The notes: a model not told the origin generated them from the sequence alone. Numbered from the stretch's first letter, positions 1 to 13,357 are shown. The stretch: DNA of 64,000 bases from Octopus vulgaris (GCA_951406725.2 OX597814.1:197160001-197224000); one strand, 5' to 3'. Numbers and translations: made by a program.

Positions 1-449
1 TGGCAGTAATATATACCAGTATCATAATGAGATCAGTGAAGTCGACTGAAGTCCTCGGATGGAACAATTGTTGTTCTCTGCCAAATCACAAGAAATCAAT
101 ATCGGAGAGTGAAAAGGAATTTGAAAAAAAACTTTGGGAATCCATGTCGTTACGGCTGTTTGGGCATTTAAACCATGCGTATGACATTAGGCTTTAGTTT
201 ATTGTTCAATAGCTAAACTAAAATTGACAGTCGGTCTGGCCAGGTCATGCATGCATTTCCTTCTAATTTTGGTACACAAATATTTCTATACACAATGAAG
301 GCTAAGTAACATACACATAAATATAAGAAACTATGGGAGCAGCCCTCACCATATATAAGCATATATACGTGTGTGTGTGTGTGTGTGTGTGTGTTTTCGT
401 TACGAACTGTTGCAAAACAAGTTACTCGATACATGAGAAAGTAGTTTTA

Positions 450-503
<54 letters not shown>

Positions 504-699
504 CAAAACGCCCACCACCGTCCAATGAACGGTGCTGCGTTGTCAAACATTTAAACCAAATTTTCTCAAAACAACTTGTCCGACCGTCCCATAGGCCACC
601 CCTTTGACAAACACTGACTTAACCTAAATTTAAGACACCAGCAAAAGAAGAAATAAAGATAGACTTTTTTCTATTCTAAGAAAAACGATTTTATAAATG

Positions 700-885
700 C
701 TCGGTCCCACGGCTTTATCGATCGCATTCTCACCTGGAATCGATTTTTGTAATTTTTCAAGACTTATACACGCCCTGATACTGTCGGTATCTACATATCA
801 AATTTGAGCGAAATCGGATGGAGGATACCCGAAATCCTAGAAGATATACACACAGAGAGACAGAACGGATTTTATATAATATATA
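700..885 (-). mobile_element. Non-autonomous Helitron-like (Lep1-type) 5' fragment
   Basis: Carries 'caaatttgagcgaaatcggatg...acacacagagagacagaacggattttatata', the same end architecture as the Helitrons at 22.0 and 26.6 kb. A possible 3' hairpin (caccgt...acggtg) lies at about 516-534. Confidence 0.45.
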
Positions 886-1066
886 TATATTTATGTATGT
901 ATGAAAGTGCGCGTGTATGTGTGTCTTTGTATGTATGTGTGTGTGTCTCTGTGTATGTACATGTATGTATATGCATGCGTACATATGTCTTTGAATCTTA
1001 GGCGTTTAAGTAAGTTTTTGAAGGTTAAGTAATATGATTCTCTTAGAATTGAGACCTTTTGAATGT

Positions 1067-1460
1067 GATGATGCAAGCACTCCGTCGGTTACGACGACGA
1101 GGGTTCCGGTTGATCCGAATCAACGGAACAGCCTGCTCGTGAAATTAACGTGTAAGTGGCTGAGCACTCCACAGACACGTGTACCCTTAACGTAGTTCTC
1201 GGGGATATTCAGCGTGACACAGAGAGTGACAAGGCCGGCCCCTTTGAAATACAGGTACAACAGAAACAGGAAGTAAGAGTGAGAGAAAGTTGTGGTGAAA
1301 GAGTACAGCAGGGATCACCACCATGCCCTGCCGAAGCCTCGTGGAGCTTTTAGGTGTTTTCGCTCAATAAACACTCACAACGCCCGTTCTGGGAATCGAA
1401 ACCGCGATCCTATGACCGCGTGTCCGCTGCCCTAACCACTGGGCCATTGCGCCTCCACAT
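1067..1460 (-). mobile_element. tRNA-derived SINE, family A, full length
   Basis: Minus-strand head has A box TGGCCCAGTGG and B box GGTTTCGATTCC. 10-bp TSD TTTTGAATGT at 1057-1066 and 1461-1470. Near-identical copy at 54934-55323. Confidence 0.92.
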
Positions 1461-1800
1461 TTTTGAATGTAAATACAAATTTTAATGCAAAAAGCGCGCC
1501 TGTGTGCTCGAATTCGGATTACGCATATGTTTTCCCACGCAGTCACTGGTTCTCTCACATTTACTCCCTCGTTACTCTAGTCTCTCTGACACTTCCGCAT
1601 GTATGTTTATCTGGAATTTGCATACTTTGGGCCGATATTAAAGAATTTGTCTATTCCATTTTGAATCTAATGAAGATAATGAGATCTTCACTAAAACGTT
1701 AGTAATTTCCCCTACATGTTTGTTCCGTATTTATGATGAGAACTTCTTTCATTTTGTTTCCACGGATAAATATTGTTATTCTTAAGTATAATGCTAGATA

Positions 1801-2031
1801 TATTTCTTTACTACCCACAAGGGCTAAACACGAGGGGACAAACAAGGACAGACAAACGGATTAAGTCGATTACATCGACCCCAGGGCGTAACTGGTACTT
1901 AATTTATCGACCCCGAAAGGATGAAAGGCAAAGTCGACCTCGGTGGAATTTGAACTCAGAACGTAACAGCAGACGAAATACGGCTACGCATTTCACCCGG
2001 CATGCTAACGTTTCTGCCAGCTCGTCGCCTT
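1801..2031 (-). mobile_element. tRNA-derived SINE, family B monomer (MetaSINE-like central domain)
   Basis: Head GGCGACGAGCTGGCAGAAACGTTAGC...GAGTTCAAATTCC, body GTCGACTTTGCCTTTCATCCTTTCGGGGTCGATAAATTAAGTACCAG. Flanked by an imperfect TSD (tattct..agtataatgct). More than 10 copies in the window. Confidence 0.9.
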
Positions 2032-2224
2032 ATTCTAGTATAATGCTTTATATACAAGCACATCATAAATTCTGCAGTAAACACATCACCTATTTACCCG
2101 CCCCCAGAAGTACTGTAAATAGGACAATCATGTTAATCATTAATCAGGATCGGGCTAAACATTAATCGTTATATTTCTTGCCAAATCGGATTATCTCTAT
2201 TGTTTATGTGATAACATAATTGTC

Positions 2225-2460
2225 TTTTACTTGATTCAGTCATTGGACAGCAGCCATGCTAGTGAACCTCCGCAAAGAGAGTTATCAAGCCAATCGATCC
2301 CAATACTACATATTTTAAAGCCTGGTACGCACGCATAAGCCACTACTCAAACTGAGAGCTACATTAGAAGACACTTGCGCAAGGTGCCACGCTGTGGGAC
2401 CGAACCTGAAACCACGTGCTTGTAAGCAGGCTTCATAAGCAGACAGTTATGTCGGCGCCT
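2225..2460 (-). mobile_element. SINE family C, degenerate and internally deleted
   Basis: Matches family C: 'gaagacacttgcgcaaggtgccacgctgtgggaccgaacc' and the tail 'cttttacttgattcagtcattg'. Confidence 0.75.
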
Positions 2461-2949
2461 ACAACTGCTGTAAATCGAATAGTATTTCCCATATATTTAC
2501 ATCATTGAAAAGACGGTTTATTGAATTACTTTTGCCAATATTTCTGCCCGACATTTTTTTAAATTCTTTCCTTCTCAAAGAAAGCAGAATTACATTCTAA
2601 ATTGCTTTCATTTTTTTTTTTAATACATTAGCGCAGATTTTCATGACTAGGTTGTACTTATCGGCCTTATTTTGCTCTCAATGATGTACAACTCGCAAGA
2701 AGTAATTTATCGATACATCTAAAAAAGCTATGGCAGTCTACTTGTGCACCGTTTCTGGTTAGTAAGTAATAGAAACACATTATGTATATTTGAAATTCAT
2801 AAGAAAAAATAACCTGGTTGCATTTCACACAAGTTAACCTAGACTGCGTTGCTCAGCTGAATACTTTGTTGTTATGAACATCTATCTTATAACAATAACG
2901 GCGTCTTATCTAGTATAGTAGCTACCGCATATACACAAACACATATATA

Positions 2950-3333
2950 TCGTTGCTATTATGCAAATGTCTCAATAGTCCGAAAGGCTGCTTCTTCAGA
3001 AAACGAAAAAATAGTTTCAACATTCCATTTCTTTTTATATTAACACCAGTTTCGGCTTTAAAATAATACTTTGTTGTGTGCACAAAATCGTAAACCCATG
3101 CATGTATTAGACTTTCTGTCAGAAATATTTCTGCAAAACTGTCGTATCTGGGACTTGGTACACTTTTGAAAAATGCTAAACCGTTCCACTACAGTTTGAT
3201 AATTTTCATATGAAGGAGCTGGAGATACGATAGTTTGGTTAAAAAAAAACGGCTATTGCAAGAAAAATTAAATATTGAAAAATACGCATTTGGGCAAATT
3301 TGGACATACGACAGTTTAACATAATAGCAACGA
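2950..3333. mobile_element. MITE with 14-bp TIRs in a TA context
   Basis: Terminal inverted repeats TCGTTGCTATTATG / CATAATAGCAACGA flanked by TA. A second, inverted copy spans 19933-20896. Confidence 0.8.
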
Positions 3334-3387
3334 TATATATATATATATTCCATTGCTCTTAATTCTTAGCAAACAGCCACTTCTGCG

Positions 3388-3389
<2 letters not shown>

Positions 3390-3445
<56 letters not shown>

Positions 3446-3465
3446 AGAGAGAGAGAGAGAGAGAG

Positions 3466-3522
<57 letters not shown>

Positions 3523-3523
3523 T
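3390..3523. repeat. Compound microsatellite (TA)n(GA)n(GATA)n
   Basis: Directly visible. Confidence 0.95.
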
Positions 3524-3533
3524 AAGTCTGTAT

Positions 3534-3856
3534 CTCTTTTACTCTCTTTTGACTGCGGCCATGCAGGAGCAAATCGCCCCCAGGACTTATTCTTTGTAAG
3601 CCTAGTACTATCGGTCTTTTTTGTCAAGCGATGTTGGGGGGACAAACACACACACACACATATATACACACACACATACATATATACATTCATACGACAC
3701 GCTTCTTTCAGTTTCCGTCTATCAAATCCACTCACAAGGCTTCGGTCGGCCCGAGGGTATAGTAGAAGGCACTTACCCAAGGTGCCACGCAGTGGGAATG
3801 AACCCGGAACTATGTGGTTGGTAAGCAAGCTACTTACCACACAGCCACTCTTGCGC

Positions 3857-3858
<2 letters not shown>
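3534..3858 (-). mobile_element. tRNA-derived SINE, family C (internal TA/TG microsatellite)
   Basis: Minus-strand head GGCGCAAGAGTGGCTGTGTGGTAAG...CGGGTTCATTCCC, CORE-like CCTTGGGTAAGTG, tail GCTCCTGCATGGCCGCAGTC. Confidence 0.9.
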
Positions 3859-3933
<75 letters not shown>

Positions 3934-4477
3934 GATTAGATTGATGGATGGATATAAGTTTGAATATATAAATTTTTTTTATTTTATATAATGCAGGAGA
4001 TACATTCACCCAAACACATACTCACATCGCCTTAAAGAACAGCAACACTCTTATTACCGACCAAAAGCACATTACCCTCTTTTAAGAACACGTTAATCTT
4101 TGATCAACCTGATTAACTTATAGCAGCAGACGTATGACACGTTACCAAACAAAACTTCACAATAAAATGACTGAAATCCTGGCTACAATTAAATAAAAAT
4201 CTTTCGTTTTATCCGATAAGTTAATTGTCGCGAACTAACTCGGTTACATATTACAGTTTGAGTAAATATATTAGTTTTAGGAATGCGTTGACGATGTTTC
4301 TAAAAAGATTCTGTGTGTTCTTATTAATCATAAACGTTTCCGATTCTATGGATAATTTAATAAGATACAAAGTATAAGTTGTTGAAATATTTTTCACCTA
4401 ACTAAATATATTCTACGTTTAGCGTTCGTTTCAATTAGGTTTGGATGAAGTTTATATATGTACATACATACATTTAT

Positions 4478-4479
<2 letters not shown>

Positions 4480-4562
<83 letters not shown>

Positions 4563-4704
4563 AATATATGTATATATACACACACACATATGCAGGACCA
4601 TAGACATGTGTATATAATGTCTGAATATTCATAATATCCATATATAAACATATACTATACCGTTCATTATATGAATGTTATGTATATGTATGTGCGTGTA
4701 TGTG

Positions 4705-4740
<36 letters not shown>

Positions 4741-4880
4741 CACACATGCATGCAGAACCACAGACATGTGTATAATTCATAATATTCATATATAAACATA
4801 TAATATACTGTTCAATATAGGAATATGTTATGTATATGTATGTGTGTGTATGTGTAAATATATATATATGTATATATTGC
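4480..4880. repeat. Tandem duplication of a TA/CA-rich unit
   Basis: 'gcag(g/a)acca(t/c)agacatgtgtata...attcataatat...aaacatat...gttca' occurs at about 4592 and 4752. Confidence 0.75.
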
Positions 4881-4980
4881 ATATGATAAGGTCACGTATT
4901 GATATCCACTGCTTGAGTACGAGTAGTTTACGACGTTTTGCAAATTCATGGATATATACATGTATAAATACCTACATACA

Positions 4981-5618
4981 TATCCAGATTACAAGTTCGG
5001 GTTTATACATGTAATTATTGGGGCCTTGCGATATGTAACACACTGCCTAAATAGTAGTCTTGAGAAATTAGGCTTCTCAAAACCAGAACGGAGAAAGCTA
5101 ATTCGAAGACTACAGATCCAATCCATCACTTGAACTGTAAAAATCTGTAAAGCTTTCCAGAAGTATATCATTTAAATATATGTGAGCCTGTCTAGATATG
5201 TGGAGGCTTAGTGGATAGAGTGTCAGCATCATGATCGTAAGATTGTGGTTTCAACTTCTGGACCGGGCGACACGTTGTCTTTTTGAGCAAAACACTTCAT
5301 TTCACGTTGCTCCAGTCCACTCAGTTGGCGATAATGAGTAACGCTGCGATAGAGTGGCATCCCGTACAGCTGGGGAACACATGCGCCATTGGAAACGGGG
5401 CGAATTTTATTTATGTCTAGATATGCAACCATATGCATGAGAATACATACATAAACTAGAACATACAACTTAGCACATATACATACATGCAAACAAACCC
5501 AAAACCCTTTTGTTCATGTTGAAATTCCAACGAAAAAACCTTGGATCTAGGTTAGAAACCGGTTCTTTTTCTATTGCCGAGAAATCTTGAAATAAACTGA
5601 ATAATGGCATACATACAT
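4981..5618 (+). mobile_element. 5'-truncated RLE-type (R4/Dong-like) non-LTR retrotransposon 3' end, interrupted by a SINE
   Basis: Translates YPDYKFGFIHVIIGALRYVTHCLNSSLEKLGF...LQIQSIT*TVKICK, resembling the 'P-V-V-IGALG...L..LG...LQ...GT..I' C-terminus of RLE ORFs. The 3' end 'ccttggatctaggttagaaaccgg...aaatcttgaaataaa' runs into (TACA)n. Confidence 0.7.
5201..5413 (+). mobile_element. tRNA-derived SINE, family D
   Basis: Head GGCTTAGTGG...GGTTTCAACTTC, CORE-like TTGAGCAAAACACTTCATTTCAC. Perfect 12-bp TSD TGTCTAGATATG at 5189-5200 and 5414-5425. Confidence 0.88.
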
Positions 5619-5992
5619 AGGCCGTGACTGTAACCAAGGGAGGTGAGTGAAAGAGGATATATAAGGATCTATAAATTTACGTGCTGATATAAATAGCTGA
5701 ATATTTGTATGTATACATACATACAAACAAGCCAAAAACCCTATTGTTGATGTTGAAATTTCAATGAAGAAACCTTGGATCTAGGTTAGAAACCGGTTCT
5801 TTCTCTATTGCCAAGAAATCTTGAAATAAACACCATAATGACATACGTACATACATACATTCATGCATACATACATACATACATACATGCATACATAGGC
5901 CGTGACTGTAACCAAGGGAGGTGAGTGAAAGAGGATACATCAGGATCTATAAATTTACATACTGATATAAATAGCTGAATATTCGTATGTAT
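5480..5992. repeat. Tandem duplication of a retroelement 3' end plus about 95 bp of flank
   Basis: 'ttggatctaggttagaaacc' at 5541 and 5775. 'ggccgtgactgtaaccaagggagg' at 5620 and 5898. Confidence 0.9.
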
Positions 5993-8239
5993 TATTGATT
6001 ACTATATACGTTATCAATATAAATTGTTCGTAGGCTTAAGGAAACATGGTTTACTGTGTGCCGTACAAAGAGTTTTATACCTCAATTACGTAACGGAATG
6101 CATTTCCTCCGTGCAGTCGATAACGCACATTTGTAAAAGGTGTTTATTACTATTGTTAATTTGCACGTTGAACACCATGTTTTATTTTCTTTGCTCAACA
6201 CATTTAATAATCGAACATATATATAATATATGCTATATATACGTACACATATATATATGTAATTATTTATGTATATATGTGTGTATCTGTGCGTGTACGA
6301 AACAATTTTATGTATTACATACCTTTGCTGGAATTTCTTATTGTTTTCGTTTTATTGATCGTGTGTTTATTAATGCACATTTTATTCGTGCTTCCGTAGC
6401 TGTTGTTACAGTTCACAGCATTTTGCAATTCACCTTTTATACATATATATATATTAGTAATGGATAGTTTGAACTTCAATTTTCCACCTCCTTTAAATAT
6501 GCTCTTTACCACCACGCAGTTTGTAAACTCGCTGCTTTTCTCCCATTTGACTAAACCCCTTCTGTTACTACGTTGAAGGACCATAAAAGAGTTTGAGATA
6601 AATCCGAAAGCATGAAAAGCAGCCTATAATATTCGTTGTATTTAATTGCTGTCATAACTCACCTGTGCAATCATTCCATTTGAGTGCTGCACTTTCATGA
6701 TGCGACAATATCAGATACATCCCAGTGGTATACGCTTCATTTGCCACGATGCATACACTGAATATGACAGCTTGTTAAAATACCATGTCTTATCCTTTTG
6801 TTCTTTGTTGTATAATTCACAAATAATTTTATTGCTTTGGTTGTCAATTATCATCGGGAATGTTTAACAACGATTTATATAATATCCGTTTGCAGAGTTT
6901 AATAGGCGCACAAGGAATTAATTCTGCATACTGATTAATTAAATAAAATAAGCAGCAATGTAAGGTTTATTACGTAATTCCTGTTAACACCAAATGTGAA
7001 AACGTAACAACTTTGTCTCTTTCGCTTGGACTTCATTCTCTTAGCTTAAAATCACAAAATATTGGAGAAGTGTGAAAGCTGTTTCTTCACTTAAATGTTA
7101 TAAAATGATAGCAAACACTCATTATCATTCACACATAGACAAACATACATACATAAGCAAGCGTGCACACTCTAACAAAGATATACACATACTCAAACAC
7201 ACACACACAAACACATACACTCGTACAGTTGGATACAGACACTCAGTCATATAATCTCACTCAGAGTTATATACAGACAGAAACAGATACACACTCTCGT
7301 AGAGAACACACAGATTGATATAGTCACACATGAACAAGTATACACACTCTAACAAGGAGACACGGACACACACACACTCACACAGATACAAATATACACT
7401 CACACACGCGCGCGCAAACAGACGAACACAGACACTCACAGTCAAATACTATCACTCAAAGACACACACGAGCTCAAATACAGAGAGAGAGACACACACA
7501 CGAAGGCAAAGATATATATATATATGTATTGTCTCATAGAGCACACACAAACTAACATAGTCACACACACACAGACGCATACACACTGACGTACAGACAT
7601 ACGCACGTAGAAACTCACACACTCACATAGAGACGCATACATACACACACTGACACACACAGTGACATACACAAGCACTCACGTGGACGCACACACTAAA
7701 TCATATGCATATATAATTCTTTGTATTTTGAACGGCTTCACTTATTCCAGTTCGGCCATATTAGAGCACCGCCTTCGAGGGCTTAGGAAATCATATTGAT
7801 CATATTTATTTAAGTCTAGTACATATTTTATCGATCGGCATTTATTGATAAAGTTACTTTTTTTTTACACAATGCCGTTATTATGCTTTTTTTTTTGCTT
7901 TTTTAAACATAATATGCCGCCACTACATTACTTTCATTTCAATCATTTGAGAACACGAAGGCTTTCAAACGTTAATGGACTTCGGAGAGCTATTGTTACA
8001 AGCATAATATAAAGAGTAATAAGGAAATATGGAAAGCCCTTAATAAAATAAGTGTGTGTATGGCGGGGTCTGCTTCTGTGTTTGTTTAAAAACCGATACT
8101 GTGTCAAAAATCGAAACTCAGCCGTTCGATAAATATATATCAGTAACACACACAAGCGGACACACATACGTATACGCGCATACACACATACATACATGCA
8201 TGCATACATACACACAAACAAACATAATTATATACATAC

Positions 8240-8340
8240 ATGCAGGAGAAATTTGCCGGTACTTTATCAAGATTACAAGTTCAGCTTTATAACTGTAATT
8301 ATTTGGGGACCAGGGATGCGTAACACACTACCTAAAGACC
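8240..8340 (+). mobile_element. Fragment of the same RLE-type retrotransposon as 4981
   Basis: 'gattacaagttcagctttataactgtaattatttgggg...gtaacacactacctaaa' aligns to 4987-5050. Confidence 0.65.
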
Positions 8341-8497
8341 ATTTTCTTGTTTGCCTTATAAATTCTGGGTAAATTGCAATTTCCCTCATCCATACCCAAT
8401 ATTCAATTACATTATTGCCATGCAGTAATAAGCACTTGGTTAAAAATACGTAGGTACACATCAAGCAGTATATTGGATATTTAATATCCCTTAGATG

Positions 8498-9081
8498 CAA
8501 GGCGGCGAGCTAGCAGAAACGTTAGCACGCCGGGCGAAATGCTTAGCGGTATTTCGTCTGCCGCTACGTTCTGAGTTCAAATTCCGCTTAGGTCGACTTT
8601 GCCTTTCATCCTTTCGGGGTCGATTAAATAAGTACCAGTTACGCACTGGGGTCGATATAATCGACTTAATCCGTTTGTCTCTACTTGTTTGCCCTCTCTG
8701 TGCTTAACCCCCTGTGAGTAGTAATGAAATAGGTATTTCGTCTGTCTTTACATTCTGAGTTCAAATTCTGCCGAAGTCAACTTTGCCTTTCATCCTTTCG
8801 GAGTCGATAAATTAAATAGCAGTTATGCATTGGGGTTGATATAATCGACTTAATCCGTTTGTCTGTCCTTGTTTGTCCTCTCTGTGTTTAGCCCCTTGTG
8901 GGTAGTAAAGAAATAGGTATTTCATCTGTCTTTACATTCTGAGTTCAAATTCTGCGGAAGTCCACTTCGCCTTTCATCTTTTCTGGGTCGATAAATTAAG
9001 TACTAGTTGCATGGTGGGGTCGGCCAAATCAACTGGACCCTTCCCCCAAAATTTCGGGACTTGTGCCTAAGAGTAGAAAAG
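8498..9081 (+). mobile_element. SINE family B trimer
   Basis: One tRNA-like head, three body units and a tail ending gagtagaaaag. 15-bp TSD with 2 mismatches (aatatcccttagatg 8483-8497 / aataacccttatatg 9082-9096). Confidence 0.9.
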
Positions 9082-9120
9082 AATAACCCTTATATGGTTT
9101 ATTAACCTCTCATACAGACA

Positions 9121-9161
<41 letters not shown>

Positions 9162-9584
9162 CGCATGTTTGTAACTATATATATATATATAAATGATATG
9201 CATGTTTGTAAATATATATATATATATATATATGCACACATACAAACATACATATAGAATTCAGGATTTCTGTTGAAGTTGTCATTTTGAAGTGTGTTGC
9301 TCCATATTCAAAGTTTTGTATAAGCTCACTGTATTATTCCACACAGAATACTATAAAAAATTAACGCCGTACGTGAATATATTTATTGTATTGTTGTATA
9401 TCTTATATTAAAACAATTTCCAACATACTTCTAAATGTAATACAGTATTATTTTCCTTGCATGTAATAAGAAACAAATATAAGGAATTATTTAATGTTGT
9501 ACCTGAATAGATTCAGTATAAAAATTATCATACTTTTAAAACTTCAGTTTTGGTTTAATTTTATCTTTATTTTTATTTTTACAG

Positions 9585-9626
9585 CTGACTACTACAGGAA
9601 AAAAGATTAATCGAAATATTTAAAAG
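9585..9626 (+). other. Candidate 42-nt non-coding exon
   Basis: T-rich tract plus ACAG acceptor (9581-9584) and AAG|GTAAGA donor. Stops in all three frames. Confidence 0.35.
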
Positions 9627-12600
9627 GTAAGAAGAAAATTCTTACGTAAAATAATATATTGGGTTGTTAGATAAATTCGTTCGGATTTTCTTAAATTTTT
9701 TTTAATTTTATTCCATATTAAATCCGTGCCAATATTATTATTCTCTAAAAAAAATATATTCTATCTTAGTTATTTCAGTGTTCCACACAGATTTTTATAG
9801 GTCAGTTGTTCATCTACAAGTTTTATGTATCGATTGATAACTGAAATTTGAATAAATTTTAGCTCTTTTCAAACATGACGATGATGTGCAATGGGGTGGA
9901 AAAAGCGAACGAATTTAGCTGACAACCTAATGCATGATAATTGAACTTAAAAATCTACAGACCACATATAACAAAACGTGTTGTAATGTATTTGGTACAG
10001 TTTTGTTTCTATGGTATTCCTCTCAGCATGTAGTTACATTTGCGGATTTTCAACATGGACAGCTTCAGTTAAAAATAACCATTTGCACATATAATATTAA
10101 TCATTTCCAAGAGATGCTCAAGGCCGACTGTGATTTCGTGAATTGTCCTTGCATTAATGAATCTGTATTTTATCAACACATCCCACACAGTAGAGTGAAA
10201 TCGATTATATATCATTGTTTTCGTTGAGTTGATTCATCCTGGTCGGTCCTGATATATGGAAGAGAAGAGGTCTCAAACCAAAGCCTACCAAACCAACTCC
10301 GATCAGTTCATGTTTTATTCATACATGCTTTGACCTGAGTGCCATTAGCAGCTTCCATACCGTTGCATATATTGGTATTATATCTCCGGAGTGAGAAAAT
10401 AAATACTTCCTTTTCTGTTTCGGAAATCCTGTAAAGTTTCATGGACACTCTCCCCTTACAGGCTCCCCACCAACAGGATTTCGTGAATCACACTCTGTAT
10501 GTGTATATATATATATATATAAAATACAAATAAGAAAATGGAGAAACAAATTTAGTTTGTTCATCAACTTACGGATATTATAATGTTAGATTATTTATTC
10601 ATATATATATACATACGCTCTTACATAGTAATTGCTGGTAGAGACACTATTTCGTATTGCAACCATAATATGCCATCGAGTATATTAAATGTTTCTATGC
10701 CAGTACATTGCATTATTTTTAGTGTTAGCAGTGCGATTTAATCCATTTTGAGTCATCTCTACGGAGATAACTTGCACACATCCATATATACATATGGATG
10801 TGTGCAAATAATATATGCATATGAGGAGCTTACTTTCAAAACCTGTATAAGTGCATATTTGGTCGATTTCATGATAACAATTAAAACGCGATCTGCAAAC
10901 TGCCGGCTTCACACACGTGAAATTTTCTTCAGTCAAACTGGGATAGATGCCGTATAGACAGTAGTCGAATCTGGGTCTTCCAGTCAGAATCAGATACATT
11001 CAAGTTGTTGTTTTAAACAATTACTCAAAAGTCATTTCGATGTATATCTCTGGTTTTAAAAGTTTGCTTTTGATATGTTGGCGTTTGTGTAATATAGATA
11101 TCTATTATATACATATGTATATAAATTATATAATTTATTATAATTATATAATTATATACATATGTATATAAAAGTATTTGGTTTCTAAGATATTTGATGT
11201 GATCTCGCGTATGTTGAAACAATATATTGTGTATCTCCAGATGCCGAATAATAAACACACCCAGTGGTTCTATTTCATTTATTATTATTATTCATTTGTG
11301 AATTGGTATATTATTTGAACAATTAATTGGAGGATTACTTGATTTGCGAATGACAGAAAACTGGCTTTGACAAACCTTCTTTGATTCAGTGACCTGACGG
11401 TTAATGAAACATTAGATTAATTTACTGGTCAAATTTTTAACCAACTGGAGAAATAGAATCAATATTTGTATTGACTATGGGAAATGAAAATATCTCACGC
11501 GGAAACACAGTTTCGTATATATGTATAATAAGCATCAAATGTTAGTAGAGTTACTTCTTACATCTCTCATAGAAATTTTAGAACTAGCAACTCTGCTTGA
11601 TGCAAGATCAGCGGCTGTGCCGCTTATTTATTTATATGTTGCGTACATATATTTATATATTGTGTACATATATATCTATACATATGTATGTGTGTGTATG
11701 TGAAAATGAAGAGAATTCTTATGTATCAATTTATATTAAAAATCAAACACAAGAAAATATATTTTGAGAATTTATCATACTCAAAGAAAGTATTTACATT
11801 TTTAACAAAATATTCTACCGGTTTCAATTTCATAAAGAAATCATTTACTCATACAGGAAAATGAATTGAAATAAATCAAATTACCTTAAATTAATTTTTT
11901 ATGATATTAGTTCTGGAAGTCCGTATGGTTTTTATTTTTTAATGTGTGTGTGTGTCTGTGTGTCTGTGTGCATGTGTAGTTATGTGTTTGTATTACAAAG
12001 TGCAGAATTGTTGAAGTGTACAGTTTGTAATATCCTTTGATTTCAACCGAGCCATTAGATTGTTTACATTTCTCATAAGAAACTTTCATATTAAAGTACC
12101 AATATTGGCACTAGTGACATTTATGTCTTCATTAAAAACGTTCTACAAGTGGCCATCACTCATAACAACTATAAAAATCAAAGTTTCTTTTTTTTTGGTT
12201 TTTGTTTTTCACTCCATAAAAAAATGAAAAAAAAAAAGAATTAACAAAAATATAACATTCTTGAAGTGAAACCAAGCGTGACAAAATACAAAGAAATTTA
12301 TGTTCTTTAAAAAATGGTTAAATGGTTTTCTCTCTTAATTTTTATGAGTTAATAACCGGTTCTTTCTTCGATGAAGCTTTAGTTAAATACCAAAATCATG
12401 CGGCGCGCAAGACAAAGAATTACTCTGAAGTTTATAAATTTCTCCAGGAAACTGAAGAGGTACTCCGTGAACTTTAGAAAAATAGTGAGTCTGATGAAAC
12501 ATTAGACTTCTAACGACTATTGTATACTGCTGTTGTTTACATATCTGTTATCATTCAAGGACGGTGTTTACTTACTGTCAGGAAGAACTGGTTATTCTAT

Positions 12601-13192
12601 TTTATGTAAATGTCATAATAATTAAGATAAAAAATCAATAGTGACTTTCATAAACAACAGTAGCATTAATAACAATTTAGATGACGTATGTTAGGCTTCT
12701 TTGAATTTTTCTTCATTGTGAAAACAGGTGGCGTAGTGGTTCGTGTCCTGGGTTCGCAATCATATGATTTAGTTCGTGGAACAACTGATGTGATTTCGCA
12801 ACTAAACTGAAAAACAAGTAGCAGCCTAGTACTAACGAAATACTCTCATCAACCTGTTATCACACCAAAGATGAAATTCTTTGGCCTTTCGTGACTTTAA
12901 ACATGTTGCACGCGACCAAATTATGCTTCCTCGCGAGTGACGACTCAACTTATAGTAATTCACATGGGACAATAGTATATTATGAATATATATTCCAACT
13001 TTAATCATGTCCTCTGATGTTTTCCCGAAGTACGAAAGATGATGAGCTGTAAGTATAAGCCTCCACCTGTTCAGAGGTCAAGAGGTTACTCAATTGTGCT
13101 GTCAAGAGGAAATTTTCTTCAATGCTCTGTAGTGGTGTTGTCTACCTGTGCATGTATATATATATATATATATATATATACATGCATTTATA

Positions 13193-13357
13193 TCAGTCAT
13201 TTCACTGCGGCCATGCTGGAGCACCGCCTTTAGTCGAACAGATCGATCCTAGGACTTATTCTATCGGTCTCTTTTGCCGAACCTCTAGGCTACGGGGACG
13301 TAAACACTCCAGCATCAGTTGTCAAGCGATGTTGAGGGGACAAACGAAAATACACAA

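Noticed and set aside
1390-1460. tRNA genes at SINE heads
   Set aside because: A and B boxes are present, but they are attached to SINE bodies with TSDs and no full cloverleaf is evident.
6663-6757. Minus-strand exon candidate (CAG|GTGAGT donor, frame VCIVANE...KWNDCT)
   Set aside because: Weak acceptor tract, no partner exons, and similarity to C-type lectin WND is only three residues.
12440-12510. CTGAAGA...CTGATGAAAC hammerhead-like boxes
   Set aside because: Stems cannot be closed convincingly; could be a very old relic but is unsupported.
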